A stretch of DNA of 64,000 nucleotides. It comes from Naegleria gruberi. Its lineage: Eukaryota. Below the pieces are notes generated by a model, which worked only from the letters and a program-made list of their open reading frames with translations, was not told the origin of the DNA and did not search any database. Shown here one piece after another: positions 11,401 through 20,513 of the stretch (positions are counted from its first letter, which is position 1; the number at the start of each line of letters is the position of its first letter). Location of the stretch: the NCBI GenBank assembly GCA_000004985.1, contig GG738848.1. The stretch is one strand, 5' to 3'. A program made the translations under genes and the position numbers.

Positions 11401-14281
11401 CAGTACACTCTTGTTCAGAGTGCACATCATGGAGATGAATAATAGATGTGTTGATTTCTTCCACATATTCGTTATGTTGGTCCGAATGTACTTCTTGCTT
11501 GATTTCTTCAATATGTTCACCGTGTTCCTCAACCTTTGTTTCCTCATGATTATACTGTTCATCTTGATGATCTGATGGTTCATGATGTTGAGTGGAATCG
11601 TGAGATTCCTGCTCTTCCATTTTTTCTACATGCTCGTCTTGCGCGCCAAATTGTTCATCTGTTTGCTCTACAGTATTAAGGGTGGACTCTTCAACATTCA
11701 CTTCCTCTTCATGTTGTATTTCTTCAGATTTAGGTTCTTCTACTTGTTGGACAGGTTCCTCTTCAAGTGGTTCGGCTGGTTCTTCCTCAGATGGAGATTC
11801 TTCTTGAACTGTGTCCTCATGAGTTGCTTCTATGGCTTGCTCTTCCAGTGGTGTCTCTTCAATAGGTTGCGATTCTTCTTGAATCAGATCTTGTGATTCT
11901 TGAACCTCTTCCTCTGGAGAAACAGGTTCCTCTTGTTCAATTTCTTCTTGTTGAGCTTCTTCGAAAAGTTGCTCTTCTTGAGTCTCTCCGGCTGAATTTT
12001 CTTGGACTGGTTCTTCCTCTTGTGTTTCTTCTTGAACAGTAGATTCCTCAATTGGTGCTTCTTGAACTGTTGCTTCTGGTGTTTCCTCAATTGGTTGATC
12101 ATCTTCAGTTTCTTGAGGAATTTCTTCAGTCTGTTCTTGAGCAGGTTGCTCTTCTTGAACATATTCCTCAATGTCAGCAGGTTGTGCTTCTTGAGCAACT
12201 TCCTCTTGAGAAACAGGTTCTTCCTGTTGAAGTTCTTCTTGTTTATCCTCAACTTCATGAGCAGTTGCTTCTAATGGTTGTTCTTCGTGTACTGGTTCCT
12301 CATCTACAACTTGCTCTATTGCAGGTTCTTCTGGTTGAACTTCTTCTTGTAGTGGCTCTTCATGCTCCTGGGTAGTTTCTTCTTGAGTTGTTACTTCTTC
12401 TGGTTGAGTTTCTACAATCTCCTCAGCTGGTTGAACTTCTTCTTGTAGTGGCTCTTCAGGAGAAGCTTCTTCTGGTTGAGGTTCTTCAATTCTTTCCTCC
12501 TGGGTTTCTTCCACTGGTGGTTCTTCTACTGGCCCAACTTGCTCTGGTTCTTGGGTCTCATCAACAGCTGATAGCTCTTCTTGGTGAGTTTCCACTTCTT
12601 GATCTGTAGATTCGTCAACCTCCTGCACTGGAACAGTTTCTGGGGAGGGGTCTTCATTGAGTTTCTCTTCCTCAGCTTGTTCCCCAACAGGTTGAGCTTC
12701 TTGAACCTCTTCCTCTGGTTGAATTTCTTCTTGCTCTTCTTGAACATGATCTTGGGAAGATTCTTCCTGGGTTGGTTCTTCAACTGGTTGTGATTCTTCT
12801 TGAATCAGATCTTGTGATTCTTGTTGGACCTCTTCCTCTTTAGAAACAGGTTCCTCTTGTTGAAGTTCTTCTTGTTTATCCTCAACTTCATGAGCAGTTG
12901 CTTCTAATGGTTGTTCTTCGTGTACTGGTTCCTCATCAACAACTTGCTCTATTGCAGGTTCTTCTGGTTGAGCTTCTTCAGCAGGAGATTCTTCTTGAAC
13001 TGTCTCTTGAGTTGGCTCGACAGGAAGGTCTTCTTGTGTCTCCAATGGTGCATCTTCAACAGGTTGAGCTTCTTCCTGGGTTGGTTCTTCAACTGGTTGT
13101 GATTCTTCTTGAATCAGATCTTGGGAATATTCTTCCTGGGCTACTGGTTGTTCTTCTTGAGCTACTTCCTCTTGTTCAATTTCTTCTTGTTGAGCTTCTT
13201 CTTCGAAACGTTGCTCTTCTTGAGTCTCTTCAGCCGAATGTTCTTGGATTGCTTCTTCCTCTTGTGTTTCTTCTTGAATAGTAGATTCCTCAATTGGCTC
13301 TTCTTGAACTGTTTCTTCAGGTGATTCTTGGATTGGTTCTTCTTGAGGAACTTCTTCTGTGGATTGAAGTATTTCTTGAGTTTCTTCTGCTTGAGGTTGC
13401 TCTTCTTCAGAAGGAGAAGAATTCACTTCTTGAGGAATTTCTTCAGTCTGTTCTTGAGGAGAATTCACTTCTGTTGCCTCAACAGGTAGGGTTTCCTCTT
13501 CCACTTGTTCTTGAGCTGGAGATTCTTCTGTTTGAGGTTGCTCTTCCAACGGAGCTTCCTCTTCAATAGGCTTATCCTCTTCTTGTGAAGGTTCTTCCTG
13601 AAGTTGTTCGTCCTTAGCTTCAGGCTGGTTTTCCTCGTTCAATTGATCAACCTGGGTTTGTTCTGCTGTTTCCTCTGCAACAGTTTGATTTTCCTCCTGA
13701 AATTCATTTAATTCAGTTTCCCCAGTTGGTGCTGATTCTTGTGGCTTCTCTTCCTCTACTGGTTGATTTTCTTGAGGTGATTCTTCTTGGATTGGTTCTT
13801 CTTGAGGTACTTCTTCTGTTTCTTCGGCCGTAGAAGTATTCACTTCTGTTACTGCTTCGGAAACTTCGGCAGCATCTGAGACAGGTTGTTCCTCTGTTTT
13901 TTCGTCCACTTTGGAATCCTCTTCCTTTGTTGGTTCTGAAATTTCTTCAGTAGTATTATTCTCGATTTGTTCCTTTTTTTCCTCTACAGGATGTTCCTCA
14001 GTATTTTCATTATTTACAGAATTTGATGGTTCCTTATGCTCTTTTTCATCAGAATTGAGGTTAGAAGCCGATACATTTTTTGAACCTTGTTGTTTTTGCT
14101 GATACTCATCCTTGACTGTATTTGCTAGAGCATCTCTGAAAGAAGCATTATCGATAAGAACAGGCGTAAGCTCGACACTTGTAGGAAGACTTTCCACTAC
14201 AGGTTCTGTAATTTCATCTTCATTAAAGTCATCTGTTGTATTTCCGATTAGATTATTATCGTTATGAACCTCAGTGCTCAT
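8468..14281 (-). CDS. giant (1,937 aa) hyper-acidic low-complexity repeat protein with C-terminal RNI-like leucine-rich-repeat cap
   Basis: Continuous minus-strand ORF. The real ATG is at 14279-14281 (aaaaagaATGagc; MSTEVHNDNN...); the track start at 14308 is a GTG artefact. Most of the body is E/Q/P/V-rich (EEPVQEE.., PEEPAIEQVVDEEPVHEEQPLEATAHEVEDKQEELQQEEPVS occurs twice). There is a His/Lys/Glu-rich block (KHDHEEKKDKHNHEEVKE repeats). The C-terminal ~180 aa are LRR/RNI-like (VEFHKLSLPKQGFRNPAIETLVSILKPHPTIVELDLSGNLISIGAALALIDFAKSNNTIRVINIQNTYIDD). Overlapping ORFs on the opposite strand are low-complexity artefacts. Confidence 0.8.
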   Translation of the reverse strand: MSTEVHNDNNLIGNTTDDFNEDEITEPVVESLPTSVELTPVLIDNASFRDALANTVKDEYQQKQQGSKNVSASNLNSDEKEHKEPSNSVNNENTEEHPVEEKKEQIENNTTEEISEPTKEEDSKVDEKTEEQPVSDAAEVSEAVTEVNTSTAEETEEVPQEEPIQEESPQENQPVEEEKPQESAPTGETELNEFQEENQTVAEETAEQTQVDQLNEENQPEAKDEQLQEEPSQEEDKPIEEEAPLEEQPQTEESPAQEQVEEETLPVEATEVNSPQEQTEEIPQEVNSSPSEEEQPQAEETQEILQSTEEVPQEEPIQESPEETVQEEPIEESTIQEETQEEEAIQEHSAEETQEEQRFEEEAQQEEIEQEEVAQEEQPVAQEEYSQDLIQEESQPVEEPTQEEAQPVEDAPLETQEDLPVEPTQETVQEESPAEEAQPEEPAIEQVVDEEPVHEEQPLEATAHEVEDKQEELQQEEPVSKEEEVQQESQDLIQEESQPVEEPTQEESSQDHVQEEQEEIQPEEEVQEAQPVGEQAEEEKLNEDPSPETVPVQEVDESTDQEVETHQEELSAVDETQEPEQVGPVEEPPVEETQEERIEEPQPEEASPEEPLQEEVQPAEEIVETQPEEVTTQEETTQEHEEPLQEEVQPEEPAIEQVVDEEPVHEEQPLEATAHEVEDKQEELQQEEPVSQEEVAQEAQPADIEEYVQEEQPAQEQTEEIPQETEDDQPIEETPEATVQEAPIEESTVQEETQEEEPVQENSAGETQEEQLFEEAQQEEIEQEEPVSPEEEVQESQDLIQEESQPIEETPLEEQAIEATHEDTVQEESPSEEEPAEPLEEEPVQQVEEPKSEEIQHEEEVNVEESTLNTVEQTDEQFGAQDEHVEKMEEQESHDSTQHHEPSDHQDEQYNHEETKVEEHGEHIEEIKQEVHSDQHNEYVEEINTSIIHLHDVHSEQECTEEDHDETSSTLPESHDHEQYQTLDDHETHEQEDTETKSHRDIEDMDHFADVESPREQTIQEPLQEEGLPFEIGHEKKSENEEKKDKHNHEEVKEVKEENVEKHDHEEKEKNDHEEKKDIHNHDEDKKENVEKHDHEEKKDKHNHEKEVKEENVEKHVHEEKDKHNHEEVKEEKVEIHDREEKKEKHDHEEKKNELKHDEKVEEEKEEKKKHDPEEKKDDKKEEKVEKHDHEEKKEKHDNEEKKEKHNHDDKQENIAYQETEIINKSSEEQTEEIVEIHAQEIVKEEEPKMEPVTEPPQEESLPFEVANTEKPQAIEEASVEEHKHTEENHENIETTEEHREDIKNEEHHDRVEDHHQVKHESVDEVKKVEEQEEQIIEEHSHKEQNDEIKCTEEHIGHQESNQESEIKQVEETVEYVESKQEELEESHEEQSEEVHVSEEEDFEVHQTAHEESIKEVSSEEVTKEDEFENSKQHVEQEFSENNEVALENTEEETFESLENQEQTHENFENIESHEENFEENQFNETTDEFEQNTEEFNETDQFFEEKYEETQEETQEDHEPTQEETQDQHEEQFEDHFEDQFEEQFEEFANEESTEIKQESNEFVDQVEKEMKEQSEEAEEKEDTSHQQETDMDHFPGEESPREQTVQEPFHEESLPFEVDQQEEVQAEEIETADNQKEQKETTHEEEQAELQKEDEFDSFEEDFETFEEQPSEESSTEEEHHVRFAEETKTIEDSYTTQDETNHHEETQEETHQETFVDTKLSEETHVKSSQKEETQEDKQEKHQQPEEKQEPHEETSVDAPEKHKQPEETHVEEAQAEYVVEETKEEEPVKERTLEDVYVENCEKRSLRPNTRLRAQFGTNTIVTDGEVNLSDNYLGDKGLEPFLETLLNVEFHKLSLPKQGFRNPAIETLVSILKPHPTIVELDLSGNLISIGAALALIDFAKSNNTIRVINIQNTYIDDMFKEKIEKYLAKNA
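10620..11170 (-). repeat. coding minisatellite (~60-66 nt unit) encoding His-rich KHDHEEKK/KHNHEEVKE repeats inside the giant acidic gene
   Basis: Directly visible tandem near-copies such as ttcttcatgatcatgtttctcaacattttcttccttaacttcct(t)ctcatggttatgtttatccttc, repeated at least 7 times with point differences. The translation is a periodic ...EEKKDKHNHEEVKEEKVEKHDHEEK... Confidence 0.8.
11850..13150 (-). repeat. degenerate tandem duplications (~630-nt super-unit with ~130-nt near-identical cores) in the E/Q/P/V-rich part of the giant gene
   Basis: Near-identical blocks at ~12213-12350 and ~12845-12975 (...aacaggttcytcctgttgaagttcttcttgtttatcctcaacttcatgagcagttgcttctaatggttgttcttcgtgtactggttcctcat...). 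Further copies ggttgtgattcttcttgaatcagatcttg occur at ~11861, ~12771 and ~13081. Confidence 0.7.
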
Positions 14282-15002
14282 TCTTTTTGTTTTTTCAATG
14301 TTATACACCTAGTTTATGTAATAAATAATTGTTTAAGTCCTTATTATTTAAAAAAATTAATGACCAACAATGTGTTGAGGGTTGTTGGGATTTTTTTTGT
14401 TCTGTCTCTTGCCCTTAAAATGCTCTTGCTAAGACTACAATGCAGCCAATATGACACATGCACAACCCGCCAATAAAAACTACAAAAAATCCTCTTTTAC
14501 GCCTGTACCTAACCAAGTACAAGGAGGTTCTTTGCAAAGATTTAAACTCACACCCAACGCTTTGACGATAATTGATGTGTTTGTGCCTCTCTACGAGTTG
14601 GGCGGGAAAGTAATAAAAAGAAAATGGGCATATAAAATACCAATTCTGTAAATTCTGTATCGATCACAGAAGAGATCCATTAGTATGATCTTCATCATTC
14701 TCTATTGTGAATAATTCTAAAGTTCAACTGAGATTTTAAACCTTGGAAAGAAATCAACACCAAACAAGTGTCTTCTCATTGTTACCAACTTGGAGAGCTC
14801 ATTATATCCAAACAGAACTCACAACAAATTGTAGGAATTTGTCTCATTTTGATGATCAGTTTCGTCTGCCTAATTTTATTAGACAAGTAAGATTTGAATT
14901 TGTATTTAAAGATTTAACAGGTCTTAATCTGGAATATTTCTGAATTACCATTAGGTAGCTATTCCAATGAAAACAAGATAAAGTTATGTAGACTATTATT
15001 AT

Positions 15003-16109
15003 TTAGTTTGATCCCAGAGCTCTTCCAGAACCCCAGCTGTGATTATTGGCTGATTGGTCGTTCGAATTATTGTTTCCTCCTCTAAACCACCCACTAATAC
15101 TGCTCATAAATCCACCTGAACTTGGTTGACTCGGGGTTGATTGAGTATCTTGTTGATTTGTTTGTGCTGTTGCGCTTGTAAAAACAGCCTCATTAGATAC
15201 AAAGTAAAAAGATCTTTCTCTGATAAATTTTGGAATTTTTCTGTCAATAAACAGGAATACCTTATTAATTGGTGTTACAAATCTCACAAGGATCCAAATC
15301 AAATATCCAGAAATCATGCCAGTCAAATGTCCCATCAATGAGACATTTGGCATTAACAATGAAGTAACAATTAACATTAACCATGGAATTAATTTAGGTG
15401 CAAAATCATCTGCATTGGCACCAGGATATAACTGTTCAAAAAGTGGTCTATATTGAACTGTAAAAACTAAATATCCAAACAAAACACCACTATATCCCAC
15501 AGTGCATCTATCCAATAAAAAGGAAAGTGTTTGTCCAGCTCCAAAACCTTGAATAAAAAGTGCATCAATAGCAACCCAAACAGCAGATCCAAATATTATC
15601 ATAAATAATGAAATAAAGAAAAAGTATATAGTTCCAAGTGTTGATTCAATCCTATTTCCGAATTGATATAAAGCCAGCATGTTAAACAATATATGTGTTA
15701 TACTCCCATGAAAGAAAGGGAATGTAAATAATTGCCAAACTTTAGTGGTTAATATTGTTGTGGAGTATCTATAGCAAATATCAGAAGACTTTGGTTCATT
15801 GAAAACGCCCTGTACAATATACAAAATAATACAAACACAAAATACAATATTACTACATAATGGAAAATATAAAAACCAATTTTTAACTTTGATATGAATA
15901 GGATCTTCAATATGATAGCCAGATTCAGGCTGCGAAGGAATTGTATGAATATTTGATGATCCACCTGTTGATGATCCAATTGCAGTATTCGTTAGAAATC
16001 CTCCTGAAGAAGATGATGATGTTTGTTGATTATTATTGTGGCTTCCTCCTCTTTGTAAGTCTTGTACTCGACCACTTGGAGAGAAAAACTCCCTTCCAAA
16101 CGAAAACAT
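15003..16109 (-). CDS. rhomboid-family intramembrane serine protease
   Basis: First ATG at 16107-16109 (caacaaaaaATGttt); the track start at 16145 is a TTG artefact. Rhomboid motifs are present: HGSITHILFNMLAL (TM2 H..H...N), GYSGVLFG (GxSG catalytic Ser) and MGHLTGMISGYL (catalytic His). There are several predicted TM helices, with S/G/N-rich termini. No intron detected. Confidence 0.8.
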   Translation of the reverse strand: MFSFGREFFSPSGRVQDLQRGGSHNNNQQTSSSSSGGFLTNTAIGSSTGGSSNIHTIPSQPESGYHIEDPIHIKVKNWFLYFPLCSNIVFCVCIILYIVQGVFNEPKSSDICYRYSTTILTTKVWQLFTFPFFHGSITHILFNMLALYQFGNRIESTLGTIYFFFISLFMIIFGSAVWVAIDALFIQGFGAGQTLSFLLDRCTVGYSGVLFGYLVFTVQYRPLFEQLYPGANADDFAPKLIPWLMLIVTSLLMPNVSLMGHLTGMISGYLIWILVRFVTPINKVFLFIDRKIPKFIRERSFYFVSNEAVFTSATAQTNQQDTQSTPSQPSSGGFMSSISGWFRGGNNNSNDQSANNHSWGSGRALGSN

Positions 16110-16322
16110 TTTTTGTTGTTTGTTGATGGGAGATTTTCGATGCAAAATGGAAATTAAAAATAGGGTAGAGGGATGCCTTGGAAAAATAGAATAGTTTCGA
16201 AATAAGGAGGCGAAATTAAGGATTCAAGTAAACTAAATGGTAAATCCCAACCCAAGGACTCTTTCAATTTATACTTATTTTGTAAAATACAATATTTATT
16301 ATGGATATAATATATTTACAAA

Positions 16323-17364
16323 TTAAAAAAAGTCACTCATATCCTCGAATGAATAGTTTGATGGATAATCTATATTTTCAAACCCAGTCCTTGGTGGGCT
16401 TGTAATGAAGAATGTTGGCGAAATATCCAATCCAGGTGATGAACAACTTGATGCCATCAAATTGGTTGGAGAACACATGCCAAAAGTATTACTTGTCAAT
16501 AATGGAACAGAAAGTGGTGAAGGTCTTGGTTTTGTAATTTTGGTTAATTGACTCATTGTACTAGGGATTTGTTGAGTAAGCGCAGAAGGAATTGAATTTT
16601 GATCAAATTGCAATTTTCCAGTTAGAATATCGCTTACTAACTTTTCCAACTCGGCAACTCTCTTCTTGAGCCCTTGATTTTCTTCGAAAAGGTTTGTTTG
16701 GTCTTGTGCAGGAATAATATTAATATCAATAGCCGGTTGCTTCTTTCTCTTCGAGTCACTGCTGTAACTACTTTCAGAGTCTTCTTCATATTCTCGCTTT
16801 TTCAGTTTCTTGTCTTCTGTTGTCTTTTTATCATTGGTGACGGTCTCTTTTCTAGTCTTTGTTCTAATCCAAAAGTTGTTTGATAAACCAACAAGCTTGA
16901 CTTGTTCTCCTTGTTTTTGAACAAGTTTCAAATAACCAATACGAGATTTGCCATTGCTTCCTCCCTGCCAAAGATAAGAATTTATGTAAATAATAAATAC
17001 TTACTTTGTTACATCTTGGAATTGTCAAATTACATTCGTGTAATTCGTTAAAGGCTTTTTCTGTATGGAGAGTTTCGTTAATAAATAACTGACAAACAAG
17101 TGATGAACCATCAATATCTAGTGGTTTAAAAAGTTGAACTTTAAGTTGATCAGAAACAAAGACATTATGAGTGGTGTTGCTAGGAGATCGTTTGCCATTA
17201 ACATTAAAACCGTTTGGTAAACATTCAATCCTTGCCAAACCACCATTAATTGTCTTATCATTGATGGAGAAAAGTATTGTAATGTCATTGTTTTTTGTTG
17301 TATTGTTATTTGTTGTTTCTTCATCATCAAATAATTTGCAAACGTCTTCTTCAGTAAACTCCAT
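16323..17364 (-). CDS. hypothetical protein (2 exons; N-terminal beta-rich domain, basic/acidic linker, leucine-zipper-like coiled coil); possible DNA-binding regulator
   Basis: ATG at 17362-17364 (gagaaaaATGgag). Exon 1 is 17364..17005, ending ...IPRCNK. The intron 17004..16965 is 40 nt (GTAAGT...TTTGGCAG). Exon 2 is 16964..16323, beginning GGSNGKSRIGYLKLVQKQGEQVKLVGLSNNFWIRTKTRKE. It then runs KKLKKREYEEDSESSYSSDSKRKKQ and LFEENQGLKKRVAELEKLVSDIL. The two track ORFs 16864..17376 and 16323..16931 are the unspliced pieces. No confident family assignment. Confidence 0.6.
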
Positions 17365-17771
17365 TTTTCTCTCCAATTAGTGTTCGTGATGTTCTTGCTG
17401 CTTCCCTCTTCTCAACGTTTTGGGATTTTTTTTGTGGAAGAAATTCTGGGCGAAAATACTTCCCAGAGTTATATCATCATTTTTTTTCAGTGTTGCTGTG
17501 GTGCTTTTAATAGAACACCTTATGGCGCGCAGAAGCAATGATGAAATATTGAAAATTGAATACCAACACAATAATCACAACAAATAACCAATGTGAATGT
17601 AAATAAATTGTAGTCTCTTCTGGGAGTGCTATTTATTATTAATATTTAAATTCTTCTTTAATAATTTAAGTTTGATGAAAATATGGTACAACAACTGATA
17701 GTAGGGGAATAATGGAAGAATAAAAATAATAGCCAAATACTTTGGGAAGAGATGATGAATATACAATAATA

Positions 17772-20510
17772 TTACTTTCTGTGGGCAAGAATGTGTACAC
17801 CATCATTAATTCTGGCACGAATATTACCCAAACTTTCCTTGATCTTATCACGGAAAGCATTATCTGCTTCCTCTTTAGAGGCATCGAGAATTAAACATTT
17901 TCTCAACCACAAGACATCTTCAATACTTGACAATTCTGGGATACCTGTACCCAACATTAATGTAAACAAGGTCATTATCATGTGACCATATTTACGTAAA
18001 ATATTGTAAGCCTTACAACCTAATTCACTGAATTTTTCATACATGACACTATTTTCACCACCCATAACATAGGCATACATTGGAGTGAAAACGAAAGGAG
18101 TAGTTTCACGTTTCAAACCAGCAAATGTCTTAAAGTGCCCCAAAAAGTGGCCAAAGTCAATGTGGAACAAGTCTCCCTTCTTGGTTATCATAATATTGTC
18201 ATTGTGTCTGTCACCAATACCTAAAACATAGGTTGCAGAACAGTAACCTGCACAAGAGTGTACAAAGTTATTAACTACTGTATCCCATTCTTCTTCACCG
18301 TTATGTTCTTTGAGCCATTTGTAAATTGGATCTTGTTTGAAAGCACCAGAGAAACCAGCTCTCTTCTTTGTAATATTTGCAATGGTTTGACTGTTTAAAA
18401 CAATTTCAAGCATACCAGTCATATAACCAGTACAAATACAACCATAAGGTTGCATATGAAGATCTAAACCTTCCTTCTTCCACAACTGATCCATAACACG
18501 TAAAACTTGCAAGGTCAATAAATCCTGACGTAAATCGTCACCAGCCTTAAACATGACAAGAATATCATCACCTGTTTCGTCAGCATTCTTGAAACAAAGC
18601 CATAATGGCCTCTTTGCAGAGTCCATGACTCTACATTTTTCTGGAATGATACCAATAACTTCCATACGTGGAGAGAGTGGTAACTTGTATTTTGGTGGTT
18701 GTTTGAGTCCATGAAGTAATTGTACAAGTGCTTCATTAACAGTAGCCTTCTTTTCATGTTTGATCTTAATGGCAATATCGAGCAATTGATCCAAAACACC
18801 GTTTTGTTTCAACAATTCTCTTCTGTGACCACCTGAATTCAATAAATATTCTTCCAAGATAAGACCGTGTCTCTCTTTTGCTGTTGGAACGTGCATTTCG
18901 GCCTTCAAATGCCAAAAGAGAATGTGACCAATGATGTGTGTTGATCTCAAACCTCTTTGAAGCAAAAATCTAGCAAGACTACTGTCATGATATAATTCAT
19001 ACTTAAGTGTTTGAACTAATTGAAGCAAAAAGTCACTCAATTGAACATCTCCTAATTCATTAAGTCTTTCAACTGAATATTGTCTAACTTTTGCATCAGC
19101 AAAGTTATAGTCCAATAATTCTAAAGCATCAACTGGAGTCATTGGTTTCCATCTAGGAAGTAATGTGTGAACAGTATAGACAGCTTGTGGCATCTTCCAT
19201 GGCACGCTCAAAATAAACTTTGGTAAAGCTTTTGGTATGTCAACAAGCTTTTCCTTATTGGACCAAAGTAACCATTTTTCTTCCTCTGTTAGATTTTGAA
19301 GTGGATCTTTGGAAATAATCTGATCAAGTCTCTGTTTCAGTTGTTCTCCTTGTGGTAAATCTTTGAAAAATTCATTAATCTTTTGTTCAAAAGAGGCCAA
19401 ACGTTTAGCCATCTTCTTTGGAGGTCTACCTTGAGGGAAGACCACTGGCAGTGGATAACGATCAAATTGATAAGCAATAACGATTGGTGTTTCATCAGTT
19501 CCAGTATTTTCAGCAACGACACTAATTGGTTTAGCTCTATCATTTGGCCACATTGGAGAAAGATAATCTCCTTGGTTCAAAAATCCCTTAAAGTTAATCA
19601 TTGTCTTAATCACATAACCGAGAGGAATATCCTTTGTACTGACGTGTGAAGGTGTATGGAAAGGATCTTTGGAAGTTGTTTGATTCTTTGTTATCACTCT
19701 TGAGAAGAGAGTAAAGCAGAGCTTTGTTTCTCTTGGAATATCAGAAAGTAAAACATCATCAAATACTATGAATTGATTCCATCTAGGAGATCTACTGAAA
19801 GGTACCATTTTAGTAAATCTGGCTTTTGTAAGTGGTGTACCACCGTGATATAATTCACAGCATACATATAAATAGGTATCGTCAATTTGAGACAAATTTG
19901 AAATAGAGTTGAAATTGAGATTGTCAATGCCCATAATTTTAACTCGTGCACATTTGACTAAATCCCACAAACTCAAATACTGCATTTTGTGCCATTCCTT
20001 TTCTCCAAAACGAATGTCATCATGTGCATAAATTTTTTGGTCCTTCTCGTGTTTAAAATCATATGAAACAGTTTTAAGAGTGACATCTCTAGGATCCAAT
20101 TCAGCCTTCACAGTTTCCTTATCTAAAAGTGTTAGTGTTGGCTTAACTGCCTTTTTCATACATTTTCTAATATGTTCAAATTCTGCCATTTTGTAATCAC
20201 CATACATGTATTCGGCAGTACCAGCTGCTTTAAATACCCAATCTTCCTTCTTTCTTCTCTGTTGATGGGCTGTATTCAATTTGTTTAAAAATATTTCAGC
20301 AAAATCGTCAGCTGTCGTGTTAAAATCACATTCAACAAGTTTTGCTGCCTTATTACCATCAAGTGTACAATTTACGTTAATGTAGAATTTTTTAGTCAAT
20401 TCATTTGGATTAATTGGTTCAACACTCAAAAATACAGGTGGAAGGAAAGCTTCTCTGTCTTCACTTTTCTTATCACTCTTTTCAAAGTGTTGAAGTCTGA
20501 AATTTTCCAT
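17772..20510 (-). CDS. phosphatidylinositol 3-kinase catalytic subunit, class I-like (Ras-binding domain, C2, PIK helical and kinase domains)
   Basis: ATG at 20508-20510. The 912-aa ORF has RBD-like and C2-like regions (LYVCCELYHGG..PRWNQFIVFDD), a helical domain, and a lipid-kinase catalytic core (KAGDDLRQD, GIGDRHNDNIMI, HIDFGHFLG). It has no p85-binding N-terminal domain, a p110-gamma-like layout. Confidence 0.85.
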   Translation of the reverse strand: MENFRLQHFEKSDKKSEDREAFLPPVFLSVEPINPNELTKKFYINVNCTLDGNKAAKLVECDFNTTADDFAEIFLNKLNTAHQQRRKKEDWVFKAAGTAEYMYGDYKMAEFEHIRKCMKKAVKPTLTLLDKETVKAELDPRDVTLKTVSYDFKHEKDQKIYAHDDIRFGEKEWHKMQYLSLWDLVKCARVKIMGIDNLNFNSISNLSQIDDTYLYVCCELYHGGTPLTKARFTKMVPFSRSPRWNQFIVFDDVLLSDIPRETKLCFTLFSRVITKNQTTSKDPFHTPSHVSTKDIPLGYVIKTMINFKGFLNQGDYLSPMWPNDRAKPISVVAENTGTDETPIVIAYQFDRYPLPVVFPQGRPPKKMAKRLASFEQKINEFFKDLPQGEQLKQRLDQIISKDPLQNLTEEEKWLLWSNKEKLVDIPKALPKFILSVPWKMPQAVYTVHTLLPRWKPMTPVDALELLDYNFADAKVRQYSVERLNELGDVQLSDFLLQLVQTLKYELYHDSSLARFLLQRGLRSTHIIGHILFWHLKAEMHVPTAKERHGLILEEYLLNSGGHRRELLKQNGVLDQLLDIAIKIKHEKKATVNEALVQLLHGLKQPPKYKLPLSPRMEVIGIIPEKCRVMDSAKRPLWLCFKNADETGDDILVMFKAGDDLRQDLLTLQVLRVMDQLWKKEGLDLHMQPYGCICTGYMTGMLEIVLNSQTIANITKKRAGFSGAFKQDPIYKWLKEHNGEEEWDTVVNNFVHSCAGYCSATYVLGIGDRHNDNIMITKKGDLFHIDFGHFLGHFKTFAGLKRETTPFVFTPMYAYVMGGENSVMYEKFSELGCKAYNILRKYGHMIMTLFTLMLGTGIPELSSIEDVLWLRKCLILDASKEEADNAFRDKIKESLGNIRARINDGVHILAHRK

Positions 20511-20513
20511 AAA

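Noticed and set aside
10620-13150. Regular direct repeats that could superficially suggest a CRISPR array or a satellite.
   Set aside because: The units are in-frame coding repeats within a eukaryotic gene. There are no spacers and no cas context, and the genome is eukaryotic.
8767-13569. Fifteen or so ORFs of 60-220 aa on both strands overlapping the giant acidic gene (e.g. 9940..10569, 10508..11170, 10579..11181, 12052..12375). The minus-strand ones are K/R/N-rich and the plus-strand ones are hydrophobic F/L-rich.
   Set aside because: They are alternative-frame or antisense readings of a purine-rich repetitive coding sequence (GAA, GAG and CAA codons give AAG/AAA in shifted frames, and TTC/TTG antisense). 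The single 5.8-kb frame with an LRR C-terminus is the only coherent reading.
14380-14700. An intergenic segment of moderate GC downstream of the rhomboid gene, considered as a possible snRNA or snoRNA locus.
   Set aside because: I could not match it to U1, U2, U4, U5 or U6 signature sequences, to C/D boxes, or to a tRNA-like fold. Moderate GC is normal for intergenic DNA in this genome.
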